64,000 nt of DNA from NCBI GenBank assembly GCA_016432645.1, contig CP066698.1:837062-901061 (forward strand). Direction: 5' to 3'. Both the position numbers and the translations under genes were made by a program. Shown here in pieces: positions 10,303 to 20,241 of this stretch. The notes below the pieces were generated by a model that had not been told where the DNA came from, did no database searches, and saw only the letters and a list, made by a program, of their open reading frames with translations. Positions within the stretch are counted from its first letter, which is position 1, and each line of letters starts with the position of its first letter. Source of the DNA: Candidatus Falkowbacteria bacterium. Lineage in GTDB: Bacteria; Patescibacteriota; Patescibacteriia; Patescibacteriales; UBA12465.

Positions 10303-11058
10303 ATGTTTGACAATCTCAACAACACTAACCAATCAGGGCATCAGCCGGTTGACGATATTTTCGCCGAAACCGACAGCGTGTCCAACAATAATCAAGTTCC
10401 GCAAGCGCCGGCCGAAATTATGACCCAGCGCGTCGGCTTAACCGCCTCAAGCGGACTAGCTGCCGACTCTTTAAGACCGGAGTCAAAAAGAGGGAGCTCG
10501 GGCTTTAAAATTGCCGTGATTGTTATGGTCGCCGTTATTTTAGGTTTGCTGGGATTTTTAGCTTATAATAAATTTTTCAAAGCCGAACCAATTGATACTA
10601 GCCCAATCACTGTTACTAGAAATCCAGTGGCCAGTTCAACCACTAATAATCAAGAAAATAATGTTGCGGAACCTATTAATAACGGAACAACTAGTAGTTC
10701 GACTTTCGTAGCTGAAATTCCTAGCGTCGACACTACCATTACTGAAGCCTCTTCACCAAGTGCTACAACCACAACCGATATTAATGTCGAGGCAACATCT
10801 ACCGCTCCAATCAATGCTGCCCCTGTCGATTCCGATAGCGACGGCTTAACTGATTCGGAAGAACTTACCGCCGCTACCAATATTAATTTAATTGATACCG
10901 ATAATGACGGCTTGAGTGATTACGAGGAAGTAAAAATTTATAAATCCGATCCTCTAAAAGCTGATACTGATGGCGATACTTATCCCGATGGCCAAGAAGT
11001 TAGGGGTGGCTATAATCCTAATGGTGCCGGTAAAATGCCTGGCAATTTAATCAAATAA
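10303..11058 (+). CDS. Membrane-anchored protein with a Thr/Ser-rich stalk and thrombospondin type-3-like Ca-binding repeats
   Basis: One TM helix; DSDSDGLTDSEE, DTDNDGLSDYEE and DTDGDTYPDGQEV..GYNP. Confidence 0.85.
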   Translation: MFDNLNNTNQSGHQPVDDIFAETDSVSNNNQVPQAPAEIMTQRVGLTASSGLAADSLRPESKRGSSGFKIAVIVMVAVILGLLGFLAYNKFFKAEPIDTSPITVTRNPVASSTTNNQENNVAEPINNGTTSSSTFVAEIPSVDTTITEASSPSATTTTDINVEATSTAPINAAPVDSDSDGLTDSEELTAATNINLIDTDNDGLSDYEEVKIYKSDPLKADTDGDTYPDGQEVRGGYNPNGAGKMPGNLIK

Positions 11059-11067
11059 TTTTTTGTT

Positions 11068-11274
11068 ATGACTGATGGCATTAGCCCAACCCCCGAAAAA
11101 ACTTCGGCATCCGCCATTCCCAATAAAACGGTTTCTCGTGTTCGCCCTTCGCGTTTGGCAATCGGAGTTCATTCAATGCCTAAAACGAGCGCCGGTAGCC
11201 TTAAACTTTGGTTTATTTTAGGTGGAGTAATTTTAGCGCTGTTTGCGGTAATTATTTTTTTGGCGATTAATTAG
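11068..11274 (+). CDS. Small C-terminally anchored membrane protein
   Basis: 68 aa with a C-terminal TM; fits tightly between neighbours; its VHSMP motif is shared with the next gene. Confidence 0.6.
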   Translation: MTDGISPTPEKTSASAIPNKTVSRVRPSRLAIGVHSMPKTSAGSLKLWFILGGVILALFAVIIFLAIN

Positions 11275-11276
11275 AT

Positions 11277-12311
11277 ATGTTAGGAAAAAATAATAAAAAA
11301 ACAAATATCGATGACGCTACCGCCGCTCGGGTTAACCAAGAATTGATTGTTCATAATATGCCCAGTGTTTCCACTAGGTCTTTTGTGAGCGGCAACGTTA
11401 ACACTGCGGTTTCCGGTTCGCAATTTTTAGGGGCAACCGATAATAAAAATAAGCATCAAACGGTGGGTATTGTTATTATCGGTTTGGGCTTGGTTTTTGT
11501 CGGCGTTTTAGTCTATTTAAGCTATCGTTTTATAATCAAGCCAGCTGCCCAAGAGCCAACAGTTACTGCTCCCCTTGTTTCTCCGGTTTCTGAAGTACCA
11601 GAGAAAACACCGCCTCTCATTTCAACTTCTACGGCTTCCAGCACGGCGGTTGTTGAAGTGGCTCCCAGCGTTATTGAAATGGTTAATCCTGATATTATAG
11701 AATCAACTTCTACGGCATCGACGACGATTGAAGAAATGCCGATAATTATTGAAACACCGCCGATTTTGGATGCCGACGTTGATGGTTTGAGCGACGATGA
11801 AGAATTAGCCCTCGGGACCGACACCACTCTTCCTGATAGTGATGGCGATACCTACGGTGATTTATCAGAACTAGGAAACGGCTATAATCCTACGGGCAGC
11901 GATAAATTAAGCGCCAGTACTTATTTAACTAAATATCAAAGCCAAACCGGTAAATACGAAATTTATTATCCAAAATCTTGGGTGCTAAAATCTCTAAATA
12001 ATGATTACGCGACGATTATTTCCGCTCCCGATAATTCACTAATGCAAATTTCTGTCCAAGGAAACCCTAAAATTCAAAATATCAGCAGCTGGTATGATTC
12101 TACTTTTAGTTTAGAAACAGCGAGCACTAATCGCGTACAGAAAGGAAATGGCTGGGAGGGAATTATGGGCGAGGATTCTTTAAATTTTTATTTAACTGAT
12201 AATAATCGCGAAAATATATATATTATTTCCTATATTCCGGCGCTCAGCGATCGTTTGGCTTATCCTAATATTTTTGAAATGATTATTAATTCTTTTAAGA
12301 TTACTAACTAA
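11277..12311 (+). CDS. Membrane-anchored protein with TSP3-like repeats and a C-terminal PsbP-like domain
   Basis: TM helix, Thr/Pro-rich stalk, DADVDGLSDDEE/DSDGDTYGDLSE..GYNP repeats, then Y.....YEIYYPKSW...FEMIINSFK. Confidence 0.8.
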   Translation: MLGKNNKKTNIDDATAARVNQELIVHNMPSVSTRSFVSGNVNTAVSGSQFLGATDNKNKHQTVGIVIIGLGLVFVGVLVYLSYRFIIKPAAQEPTVTAPLVSPVSEVPEKTPPLISTSTASSTAVVEVAPSVIEMVNPDIIESTSTASTTIEEMPIIIETPPILDADVDGLSDDEELALGTDTTLPDSDGDTYGDLSELGNGYNPTGSDKLSASTYLTKYQSQTGKYEIYYPKSWVLKSLNNDYATIISAPDNSLMQISVQGNPKIQNISSWYDSTFSLETASTNRVQKGNGWEGIMGEDSLNFYLTDNNRENIYIISYIPALSDRLAYPNIFEMIINSFKITN

Positions 12312-12333
12312 TATTGATTTTTTTTAAATTAAA

Positions 12334-12360
12334 AAAAACTCCGCTGGACGCGGAGTTTTT
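12334..12360. terminator. Bidirectional intrinsic terminator
   Basis: AAAAACTCCGC-TGGAC-GCGGAGTTTTT between convergent genes. Confidence 0.8.
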
Positions 12361-12375
12361 GTTTAACTAATGTTT

Positions 12376-12966
12376 TTAAAGTTTATTTTTGGGACCGATT
12401 ATTTTATCGATGATTCCGTATTTTTGAGCTTCTTCGGCGCTCATGAAGTTATCGCGATCGCTATCAGCTTCAACTTTAGCTTCTTTTTGTTTGGTATGGA
12501 AAGCTAGAATCTTATTCATTTTAGATTTTATTTTTAAAATGTGTTCCGCTCTAATTTTGATATCTGAGGCCTGGCCTTCCGCACCGCCCATTACTTGGTG
12601 AATCATGATTTCGCTATTTGGAAGAGCAAATCTTTTTCCGGGAGTTCCAGCCGCCAGTAATACTGAAGCCATGGACGCGGCTAAGCCAACGCAGATTGTG
12701 GATACGTCGGATTTGATAAGTTGCATAGTATCGTAAATAGCTAGACCGGCGCTGACAGAACCTCCAGGAGAATTAATGTAGAATTTAATATCTTGGTCCT
12801 TGTTTTGTGCGTCTAAAAATAGTAATTGAGCAATGATAATATTGGCCGTATGATCATCTATTTGTTCTCCTAAGAAGATAATCCGATCTTTTAACAGGCG
12901 GGAGTAAATATCATAAGCTCGTTCAATTTGTCCTTCTTTTTCAATGACGGTAGGTATTAATGGCAT
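12376..12966 (-). CDS. clpP: ATP-dependent Clp protease proteolytic subunit
   Basis: [32 protein letters not shown] (catalytic Ser), [16 protein letters not shown]. Confidence 0.98.
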   Translation of the reverse strand: MPLIPTVIEKEGQIERAYDIYSRLLKDRIIFLGEQIDDHTANIIIAQLLFLDAQNKDQDIKFYINSPGGSVSAGLAIYDTMQLIKSDVSTICVGLAASMASVLLAAGTPGKRFALPNSEIMIHQVMGGAEGQASDIKIRAEHILKIKSKMNKILAFHTKQKEAKVEADSDRDNFMSAEEAQKYGIIDKIIGPKNKL

Positions 12967-13134
12967 ATTTTTAAGCTTTTTATTGAATTATAATAGACTT
13001 ATTATAAATAAAATCGGCTTTTTTGTAAAGACCAAGGCTTGATTTTTATTTCTACTTATCTTAAGATAAAGGAAAGTTTGAGTTAATTTACTAATATTTG
13101 CCGGTTTCACGCCCGGCTCTAGACTAAATCCCAT

Positions 13135-14691
13135 ATGTCATTAATGCAAAAAATTTCCAAACTGTCTTTTAAGGCTAAGACTCGCTGGATTTTAGGTTTG
13201 ATTATCCTGTTTGCACTTTCGGTCGGTTTAATTGCCGGGGGTAATTATTACAATCAGTTTGCCCGTTTCACAGCTGACAAAACCAACAACATAATTGTGT
13301 TGCCTCAAGTTAAGGAATTGCCTTTTAGTTTAGGACTTGATCTTCAGGGTGGTACTCAGCTGGTTTATGAGGCTGATGTTACTAATATTCCTGAAGCTGA
13401 TCGGGCAGATGCCATGGAGTCGGCGCGTGATGTTATTGAGCGTCGCGTCAATACTTTTGGCGTTAGCGAGCCGGTTGTCCAAGTTAATAAGGGCAGCAAT
13501 GGCGAATATCGCATTATCGCCGAGTTAGCCGGTATTAAAGATGTAAAAGAGGCTATTAAAATGATTGGCGAGACCCCAATTTTAGAGTTTAAAGAACAAG
13601 ATGCAGCTGGTTCAACTACTTTAACTCCGACTGGAGAAGCCAGCAGCACTGAAATTAATATTAACACTGATAGTCTTTGGAAAAATACCGAGTTGACTGG
13701 TAAATATTTGAAACGGGCAGTTTTACAATTTGCTCAAGACGGTACGCCGGAAGTTTCTTTAGAATTTAATGCTGATGGCGCCCAAATGTTTGAGGATATT
13801 ACCGCGCGTAATGTTGGCAAACCAGTGGCTATTTTTCTAGATGGTTATGTAATTAGCGCTCCTACTGTTAATGAAAAAATTACTGGCGGTAAAGCGGTTA
13901 TTTCCGGACAATTTAATGTCGATGAAGCTAAATTATTAGTTAAGCGTTTAAATTCCGGTGCTTTACCGGTTCCAGTATCCTTGGTTTCACAAAAAACCGT
14001 GGAAGCCAGTTTAGGCGCCAAGTCTATTAATAATAGTTTGCAGGCCGGTCTTTTGGGATTGCTCCTCGTTTCGGTATTTATGATTGTTGCTTATCGCTTA
14101 CCAGGCTTGTTGTCAGTGTTATCTCTATTTATTTATGGCGTAACAATGCTGGCAATCTTTAAGGCAATCCCGGTGGCCATCGCCTTGCCTTTAATTTTTG
14201 TTATGATTGCTCTTATTTTTTACACCTTTAATGAAATTAAAATTTTTGATAGCACTTTAGCCCTTTTCTTTGCTGTTATTGGCATCTTGTTATTCTTCTA
14301 TGCGCTTAAACCGGTCACTTTATCTTTATCTGGAATTGCCGGCTTAATCCTGTCGGTTGGTATGGCAGTTGACGCTAATATTTTAATTTTTGCCCGTACC
14401 AAAGAGGAACTTAAAGCCGGAAAATCTGTCCAGCAATCAGTGACTGATGGCTTTAAGCGCGCTTGGCCTTCAATTCGTGACGGCAACATCTCCTCTCTGA
14501 TTACCTGTTTAATTTTAATGTTCTTCGGTACTTCTTCTGTACAAGGGTTTGGAACAACTTTGTTTATTGGTATCTCAGTTTCATTATTCAGTGCCATTGT
14601 TATTACCAGGATCTTGTCAGTACTAGTTTTGGGCGAATGGCTCGAAAAGAGAAAATGCCTTTTAGGAGTTAAGAAAATTAAAGCTGAATAA
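13135..14691 (+). CDS. secD: Protein translocase subunit SecD (with a 47-aa two-TM insertion)
   Basis: LGLDLQGG, RRVNTFGVSEP, AIFLDG..ISAP, GALPVP, GMAVDANILIF; adjacent to secF. Confidence 0.97.
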   Translation: MSLMQKISKLSFKAKTRWILGLIILFALSVGLIAGGNYYNQFARFTADKTNNIIVLPQVKELPFSLGLDLQGGTQLVYEADVTNIPEADRADAMESARDVIERRVNTFGVSEPVVQVNKGSNGEYRIIAELAGIKDVKEAIKMIGETPILEFKEQDAAGSTTLTPTGEASSTEININTDSLWKNTELTGKYLKRAVLQFAQDGTPEVSLEFNADGAQMFEDITARNVGKPVAIFLDGYVISAPTVNEKITGGKAVISGQFNVDEAKLLVKRLNSGALPVPVSLVSQKTVEASLGAKSINNSLQAGLLGLLLVSVFMIVAYRLPGLLSVLSLFIYGVTMLAIFKAIPVAIALPLIFVMIALIFYTFNEIKIFDSTLALFFAVIGILLFFYALKPVTLSLSGIAGLILSVGMAVDANILIFARTKEELKAGKSVQQSVTDGFKRAWPSIRDGNISSLITCLILMFFGTSSVQGFGTTLFIGISVSLFSAIVITRILSVLVLGEWLEKRKCLLGVKKIKAE

Positions 14692-14728
14692 GCGGGACTT
14701 AAATATCATTAAAGATAAAAATAACAAT

Positions 14729-15649
14729 ATGATTTATCGGATAATTCAAAAAAGAAATATTTTTTTAAGCATTTCCGGGCTATTAATCGCCGCTTCCATC
14801 GCCGCGCTTATCGCTTGGGGGCTTAACTTCGGAGTTGATTTTACCGGCGGCAGCTTTTTGGAAGCCGAATATGCTAATTACCAGCCATCAATTACTGAAA
14901 TCCAAAATGTCTTAAAAGATACCGACATCAAAGGTTTAACTGTCCAGCCGACTAACGACAATACTTTTATTTTGCGCTTTAAAGAAGTAAGCGAAGATAC
15001 TCATCAAGGAATTTTGGCAAAATTAGGAACCTTAACTGATGGTCATGATGGCGCCACTTTTAAAGAATTGCGCTTTGATTTTGTCGGTCCTTCTATCGGC
15101 CAAGAATTAAAGAGTAAATCATTCAATGCTTCCATTATTGTGTTGATAATGATTATTTTATATATTTCCTTGGCGTTTAAACGCGTATCGCGTCCAATCT
15201 CATCCTGGAAATATGGAGTGGCCGCAATTGTCGCTCTGGCCCATGATGTTATTATCACCCTGGGAGCCTTCGCAGTTATGGGGCACTTCTATCATATTGA
15301 GATTAACACTCCCTTTATTGCGGCTATTTTAACGGTTTTAGGTTATAGCGTTAGCGATACGATTGTTGTTTTTGACCGCATCCGCGAGACTTTGCCTAAG
15401 AGCAATGATAATTTTGAAAATACGATTAACTCTAGTATTAACCAGACAATTTCTCGCTCTGTTAACACTTCTTTTTCGGCCATTCTGGCATTACTTGCCA
15501 TTCTATTATTTGGCGGCAGCACTATTAAAGACTTTGCGCTCGCTTTGTTAATCGGTATTTTTGTCGGTACCTATAGCTCGATCTTTATCGCCAGCCCGAT
15601 TTTAGTAATCTGGAACAATAAGATGCATAAAGCGGCTAAAAAAGCTTAA
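14729..15649 (+). CDS. secF: Protein translocase subunit SecF
   Basis: GVDFTGG, VGPSIGQEL, HDVII, GYSVSDTIVVFDRIRE, GTYSSIFIASP. Confidence 0.97.
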   Translation: MIYRIIQKRNIFLSISGLLIAASIAALIAWGLNFGVDFTGGSFLEAEYANYQPSITEIQNVLKDTDIKGLTVQPTNDNTFILRFKEVSEDTHQGILAKLGTLTDGHDGATFKELRFDFVGPSIGQELKSKSFNASIIVLIMIILYISLAFKRVSRPISSWKYGVAAIVALAHDVIITLGAFAVMGHFYHIEINTPFIAAILTVLGYSVSDTIVVFDRIRETLPKSNDNFENTINSSINQTISRSVNTSFSAILALLAILLFGGSTIKDFALALLIGIFVGTYSSIFIASPILVIWNNKMHKAAKKA

Positions 15650-15667
15650 ATATTACCAGTGATTTTT

Positions 15668-15709
15668 AAAAGAGGCTTGATTTTCAAGCCTCTTTTTTAT
15701 TGCTATAAT
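15668..15709 (+). terminator. secF terminator hairpin overlapping an extended -10 promoter (TGcTATAAT) for the next gene
   Basis: AAAAGAGGCTTGA-TTT-TCAAGCCTCTTTTTT, then TGCTATAAT at 15701-15709. Confidence 0.7.
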
Positions 15710-15715
15710 AAAACT

Positions 15716-18073
15716 ATGAAAACTAATTTTTTATTTTCTCGTCTTAAGGCTTGGGCACAGGGGATTTCCAGTTCTGAATTTTTAGGATTTTTTATAGAAG
15801 TCAATTATTTGGCGATTATTTTTCTGGTGCCGTTGTGGTTTGCTGCTTTTTATTCCGGTTTTAATATTTTTGAGCTGGATAAAATTATTTTGTTTCGGAT
15901 TTTACTTTGGAGTCTGCTTACATTAACTGCGGCTCGGGTATTATTTTTCCCGCCTTCGAGCCTGGTTTCTCAAATTGGTCAAAAAACAATTTGGCCGATT
16001 TTTAAAAAATATTTTTTGATTCCCGCCCTGCTTATTATCGGTTTGGTGTTAATTTTACCTTTCTCGCTTGATTGGCGCATTAGTTTTTTTGGTTCTTATG
16101 AGCGCCAAGAGGGAATTTCCAGTTTGTTTTTTTATTTTTTGTGGTCATTGATCTTGTTTGTTAATTTGCTTGCTTGGAGAAATATTGGTTCCCGAACCTG
16201 GGATTTAAAAGCAAAAATTCGCCGTATTCTGTTAAGCGCCAATCTCTCGGCTACTTTAGTTGGTTTATATGGCGTTTTACAAATTTTAAATATTGATTTT
16301 TTGACTTGGCCGGATGAGCCTTATTTAACCGGGCGCGCTTTATCAACTTTCGGCCAGCCTAATTTTTTTGCCTCCTTTTTATTACTCACGATTCCCTTGG
16401 CTTTTTATTTAGCCTATTCATCTAAGAATTTTTGGGCTAAGGCTTTTTTTAGTTTTGCTGCTGTTTTTCAGATTCTAGGATTATTTTCCACCGCCAGCCG
16501 AGGCGGGCTTCTAGCCTTAGTAGTAATCGGGGTTTTGTTTATCGCCTATCTTTTATTGGCTGCTAAATTTACGGCGCGAATCAAGGTCCTGATAGCGGCT
16601 GGAGCATTTTTAATTTTTATTTTAGGCATTGGTGCTTTAGAGGTTTTTACCCCGGGACGCCTGCAAGAATCTTTTAATCTTAGTGCTGGCAGCTTTGCTG
16701 CTCGCATTAATTTTTTTCATGCTTCAGCTGACGCGATTTTAAAAAAACCAGTTTTTGGCTATGGTTTGGAAAATGCCGGGGAAGTATTTATTAAATATTA
16801 TGAAAATGATTGGGGAATTTATGCTGATGTGAGTGCTAATACTGATCGGGCGCATAATTTAATCCTGGACACTTTACTAAACGCCGGATTTTTCGGGCTC
16901 CTACTTTTTTCTTTATGGTATTATTCTTTCTTTAAGCTGGCTTGGCAGAATTATCGGACAGGGAAATATAAATATTTAAGTCTGGCGATTGGCGCCGCCG
17001 CCGGCGCTTATCTCATCTCCTTGATGTTCAGCTTTGCGATTGTGGCTGCCGAAGTTTATTTCTGGCTGCTATTTGCTATCTTGGCGGCTATTCATTTCGA
17101 ACGCCCGGCTTCTATAAATAGTTTTTCTTGGCTGTTAAAAAAATACAGCTTTAAATACTGGTGGCGCCTTAGTTTGCTCTTTGGCATATTAATTCTCGCC
17201 GCTTGGCAGATAATTCTCAATGGCCGCTCATTGATTGCTGATGCTTATTTCAATAATATTTATATCGCTTTAAGCCGCGGCGAGGCGCTTACGGCGCTGG
17301 TTATTCATGACGATATTCTTAATTTAAAAGTTAACGCGGTCCAGCAGAATTTTGTCGCTCATTTTTTAGGAGATAATCTGGGTGTTCATTTAGAGCAGGC
17401 GCCGGATTTGGCTACTAAAACGATGATTAAAAATCGTTTAGAAAAAATTGCTCAGTCTTTGCCGGATCGCGGTTATCAGAACTTTTTATTGAAAGCGCAA
17501 ATCTACAGCCAACTAGGGGATTATGAAATGGCGGAGAGATATTTTGCAATTATTTTAAACCTAACACCCGGTTGGCCACTGGCTTATTTAGAAAGGGGGC
17601 GGGATTATATGCGGCAGGGTCGACTGGCAGAGGCCGAAAATTTTTATCGCCTAGTGGATACTAAGCTTCCTGACGTTAATAGTGCCATTATCAATCCTCG
17701 CCATAAAAAAGTTGCCCAGTCTTATCGCTATATGATGTATACCGACTTAGGGCGGGCCTATGTTTCTCAAGGCGATTATGCCAATGCGGAAAAATTTTTT
17801 AAAGCCGCTTATCGCAACATGATTGAAGATTATTCCTTGTTGAAAAAAATCGCCGACACTTTTTATTTGCGCGGTGATTTGGATACGGCGATACGTTATG
17901 TCGCCCATGGCTCAGTTTTAAGCCCCAACGATTATAATTGGCCCTTGGCTCTGGCTACTTTATATTTTGAAAAAGGGGATGCCGCCGCCGCGGTCAGCAG
18001 CCTGGAAGCGGCCATTAAATTGGCTCCGGAAAAATCAGAGTTGAAAGATTTAAGAGAAAAATATAAAAAATAA
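15716..18073 (+). CDS. O-antigen ligase/Wzy_C-like polytopic glycosyl ligase with C-terminal TPR repeats
   Basis: STFGQPNFFA, TASRGG, PVFGYGLE and DRAHN motifs; about 12 TMs; TPR-like C-terminus. Start moved to the ATG at 15716. Confidence 0.85.
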   Translation: MKTNFLFSRLKAWAQGISSSEFLGFFIEVNYLAIIFLVPLWFAAFYSGFNIFELDKIILFRILLWSLLTLTAARVLFFPPSSLVSQIGQKTIWPIFKKYFLIPALLIIGLVLILPFSLDWRISFFGSYERQEGISSLFFYFLWSLILFVNLLAWRNIGSRTWDLKAKIRRILLSANLSATLVGLYGVLQILNIDFLTWPDEPYLTGRALSTFGQPNFFASFLLLTIPLAFYLAYSSKNFWAKAFFSFAAVFQILGLFSTASRGGLLALVVIGVLFIAYLLLAAKFTARIKVLIAAGAFLIFILGIGALEVFTPGRLQESFNLSAGSFAARINFFHASADAILKKPVFGYGLENAGEVFIKYYENDWGIYADVSANTDRAHNLILDTLLNAGFFGLLLFSLWYYSFFKLAWQNYRTGKYKYLSLAIGAAAGAYLISLMFSFAIVAAEVYFWLLFAILAAIHFERPASINSFSWLLKKYSFKYWWRLSLLFGILILAAWQIILNGRSLIADAYFNNIYIALSRGEALTALVIHDDILNLKVNAVQQNFVAHFLGDNLGVHLEQAPDLATKTMIKNRLEKIAQSLPDRGYQNFLLKAQIYSQLGDYEMAERYFAIILNLTPGWPLAYLERGRDYMRQGRLAEAENFYRLVDTKLPDVNSAIINPRHKKVAQSYRYMMYTDLGRAYVSQGDYANAEKFFKAAYRNMIEDYSLLKKIADTFYLRGDLDTAIRYVAHGSVLSPNDYNWPLALATLYFEKGDAAAAVSSLEAAIKLAPEKSELKDLREKYKK

Positions 18074-18076
18074 TAT

Positions 18077-18841
18077 ATGGAATTTATTTTTGGCGTTTTC
18101 GCCGCTTTGATTGGTTTAGTAATCGGCAGCTTCTTAAATTGTTTGGTTTGGCGCTTGTATAAAGAAGATACGATTTTGGGACGTTCTTATTGCCCGTCGT
18201 GCTCTCAGACAATTTCTTGGTTTGATAATATTCCGCTGCTTAGCTTTTTATTATTGCGCGGCCGCTGCCGTCATTGCCGGCGGTCGATTTCTTGGCAGTA
18301 TCCGCTAGTAGAATTTTTTACTGCCCTATTGTTTGTGCTGACTTTTTTGCAGGCTGCCGATTCAGTTAATTTTTCTCTGCTGCTGGCCCGCGATTGGTTT
18401 TTAATTTCCAGCCTCATGATTATTTTTATTTATGATTTCCGCTGGCAGATGGTACCGATGATGGTAGTTTGGCCGACAACGGCTATTGTGGCGGTACTAA
18501 ATTTATTTTTAGGATTTTCTTGGCTGGCAATTTTAAGTTCCGGATTGGTTGGCGCCGGTTTTTTTATGGCTCAATATATTTTGACCAAGAAGCGGGGAAT
18601 TGGTGAAGGAGATATCTGGCTGGGCTTGCTTTTAGGAATAACTTTCCCGACTCTTAGCTATCTTGGTTTATCACTGATCAGCGCCTATTTCATCGGTTCG
18701 ATTATCAGTGTTATTTTGCTGATTTCTAAGAATAAAGGCTGGAAGTCAAAGATAGCGCTCGGCCCCTTTTTAGTGATTGGGGCTATTATTACCTTAATTT
18801 ATGGACAGGAAATAATTAACTGGTATTTGGGCTTGTTTTAG
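18077..18841 (+). CDS. pilD: Prepilin peptidase (A24)
   Basis: GSFLNC..WR, RSYCPSC, DNIPLLSFLLLRGRCRHC, YPLVE, GEGD, ALGPFL. Confidence 0.95.
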   Translation: MEFIFGVFAALIGLVIGSFLNCLVWRLYKEDTILGRSYCPSCSQTISWFDNIPLLSFLLLRGRCRHCRRSISWQYPLVEFFTALLFVLTFLQAADSVNFSLLLARDWFLISSLMIIFIYDFRWQMVPMMVVWPTTAIVAVLNLFLGFSWLAILSSGLVGAGFFMAQYILTKKRGIGEGDIWLGLLLGITFPTLSYLGLSLISAYFIGSIISVILLISKNKGWKSKIALGPFLVIGAIITLIYGQEIINWYLGLF

Positions 18842-18843
18842 AA

Positions 18844-18872
18844 TTGTTAAAATCTGATAAATTTTGTATAAT
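18844..18872 (+). promoter_or_regulatory. Putative sigma70 promoter for ftsAZ
   Basis: TTGTTA-17 bp-TATAAT. Confidence 0.5.
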
Positions 18873-18950
18873 ATTAACAGCAAATAGCAAGCACGAAAAT
18901 ATTGTTAAAATATTGCCGTATTTTTATTTAAACGATTTAATATTAACTCT

Positions 18951-20213
18951 ATGAAGGATAATATTGTCGCCGGACTAGATATCGGATCTACCTCTATCCG
19001 CCTGGTAATCGGTCAAAAGATTCCCGGAGTGGCTGGCGATGAATTACAAATTATCGGCGCGGTTTCCGGGCCAACCGCCGGAGTAAGTCGCGGTATAGTA
19101 AATAGCATTGAAGAAACCACTTCTTCTATTTCGGCTGTCCTGGAAAAAGCTGAACGTTTAGTCGGGGTACCGATTAGCCGCGTTTGGGTTAGTATTAATG
19201 ATCCCCATATTAAGTGCGAACGTTCTAAGGGCGTCGTGGCTGTGGGCCGCAGCGATGGTGAAATTAATGAAAATGATGTCAACCGCGCGATAGAAGCGGC
19301 GCGGGCTTTAGCCGTACCGGTTAATTATGAAATTTTGCATGTTATTCCGATAAAATTCAGCGTTGACAATCAATCTGATGTAAAAGATCCGATTGGCATG
19401 AATGGTATCAGATTGGAAGTGGAAACTTTAATCGTTCAAGGGCTCAGCACTCAGATAAAAAATTTAACCAAAGCAATTTATCGCACTGGTTTGGAAATTG
19501 AAGATTTAGTTTTGGCCCCGCTAGCAGCCGCCGAAGCGGTTTTAAGCTCCAAGCAAAAAGAATTGGGCGTGGCTTTAATCAACCTTGGTTCATCCACAAC
19601 TTCACTCGCGGTTTATGAAGAAAGAAATCTAATTCACACTTCAATTTTACCAATTGGTTCCGAACATATTACCGCTGATGTGGCGATTGGGCTCCGATGT
19701 CCGATTAATCTAGCGGAAAGAATTAAACGCGAGTATGGAAGCGCCATTACTTTAGAAGAAGGCGAGCGCGATGAGATTGATATTTCCGAATTAGTCAAAG
19801 AAGAGGAGGTAAATGACGATATTAACACGATTTCTCGTAAATACGTCTCGGAAATTATTAATGCCCGGGCTGAAGAAATTTTTGAAAAAGTTGACCAGGA
19901 GTTCAGGCGTATTGATCGTTCCGGCATGTTGCCGGCGGGTGTAATTTTCGTCGGGGGCGGAGCGGAACTTGACGGCTTGGTAGAATCTGCTAAAAAGAAG
20001 TTAAGGCTTCCGGCGGCTTTAGGGCAAGCTAAGAATATTAACGTGGTTATTGATAAAGTTAAGAATCCGGAATTTTTAACCGCTCTGGGCTTAGTTATCT
20101 GGGGTAGCCACACTGAAGGCGAAGGAATAAGCGCGAGTAATAAATTCAAGAATAACCTTGGCGGTTTATTGGAGAAGACTAAGGGTCTGTTCAATAAAAT
20201 AATGCCAAAATAA
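18951..20213 (+). CDS. ftsA: Cell division protein FtsA
   Basis: GLDIGSTSI, HVIP..F.VD, HITADVA, AERIKREYG, VGGGA; upstream of ftsZ. Confidence 0.97.
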   Translation: MKDNIVAGLDIGSTSIRLVIGQKIPGVAGDELQIIGAVSGPTAGVSRGIVNSIEETTSSISAVLEKAERLVGVPISRVWVSINDPHIKCERSKGVVAVGRSDGEINENDVNRAIEAARALAVPVNYEILHVIPIKFSVDNQSDVKDPIGMNGIRLEVETLIVQGLSTQIKNLTKAIYRTGLEIEDLVLAPLAAAEAVLSSKQKELGVALINLGSSTTSLAVYEERNLIHTSILPIGSEHITADVAIGLRCPINLAERIKREYGSAITLEEGERDEIDISELVKEEEVNDDINTISRKYVSEIINARAEEIFEKVDQEFRRIDRSGMLPAGVIFVGGGAELDGLVESAKKKLRLPAALGQAKNINVVIDKVKNPEFLTALGLVIWGSHTEGEGISASNKFKNNLGGLLEKTKGLFNKIMPK

Positions 20214-20241
20214 AGCATAATAAATATAATAGTCAAATCGT

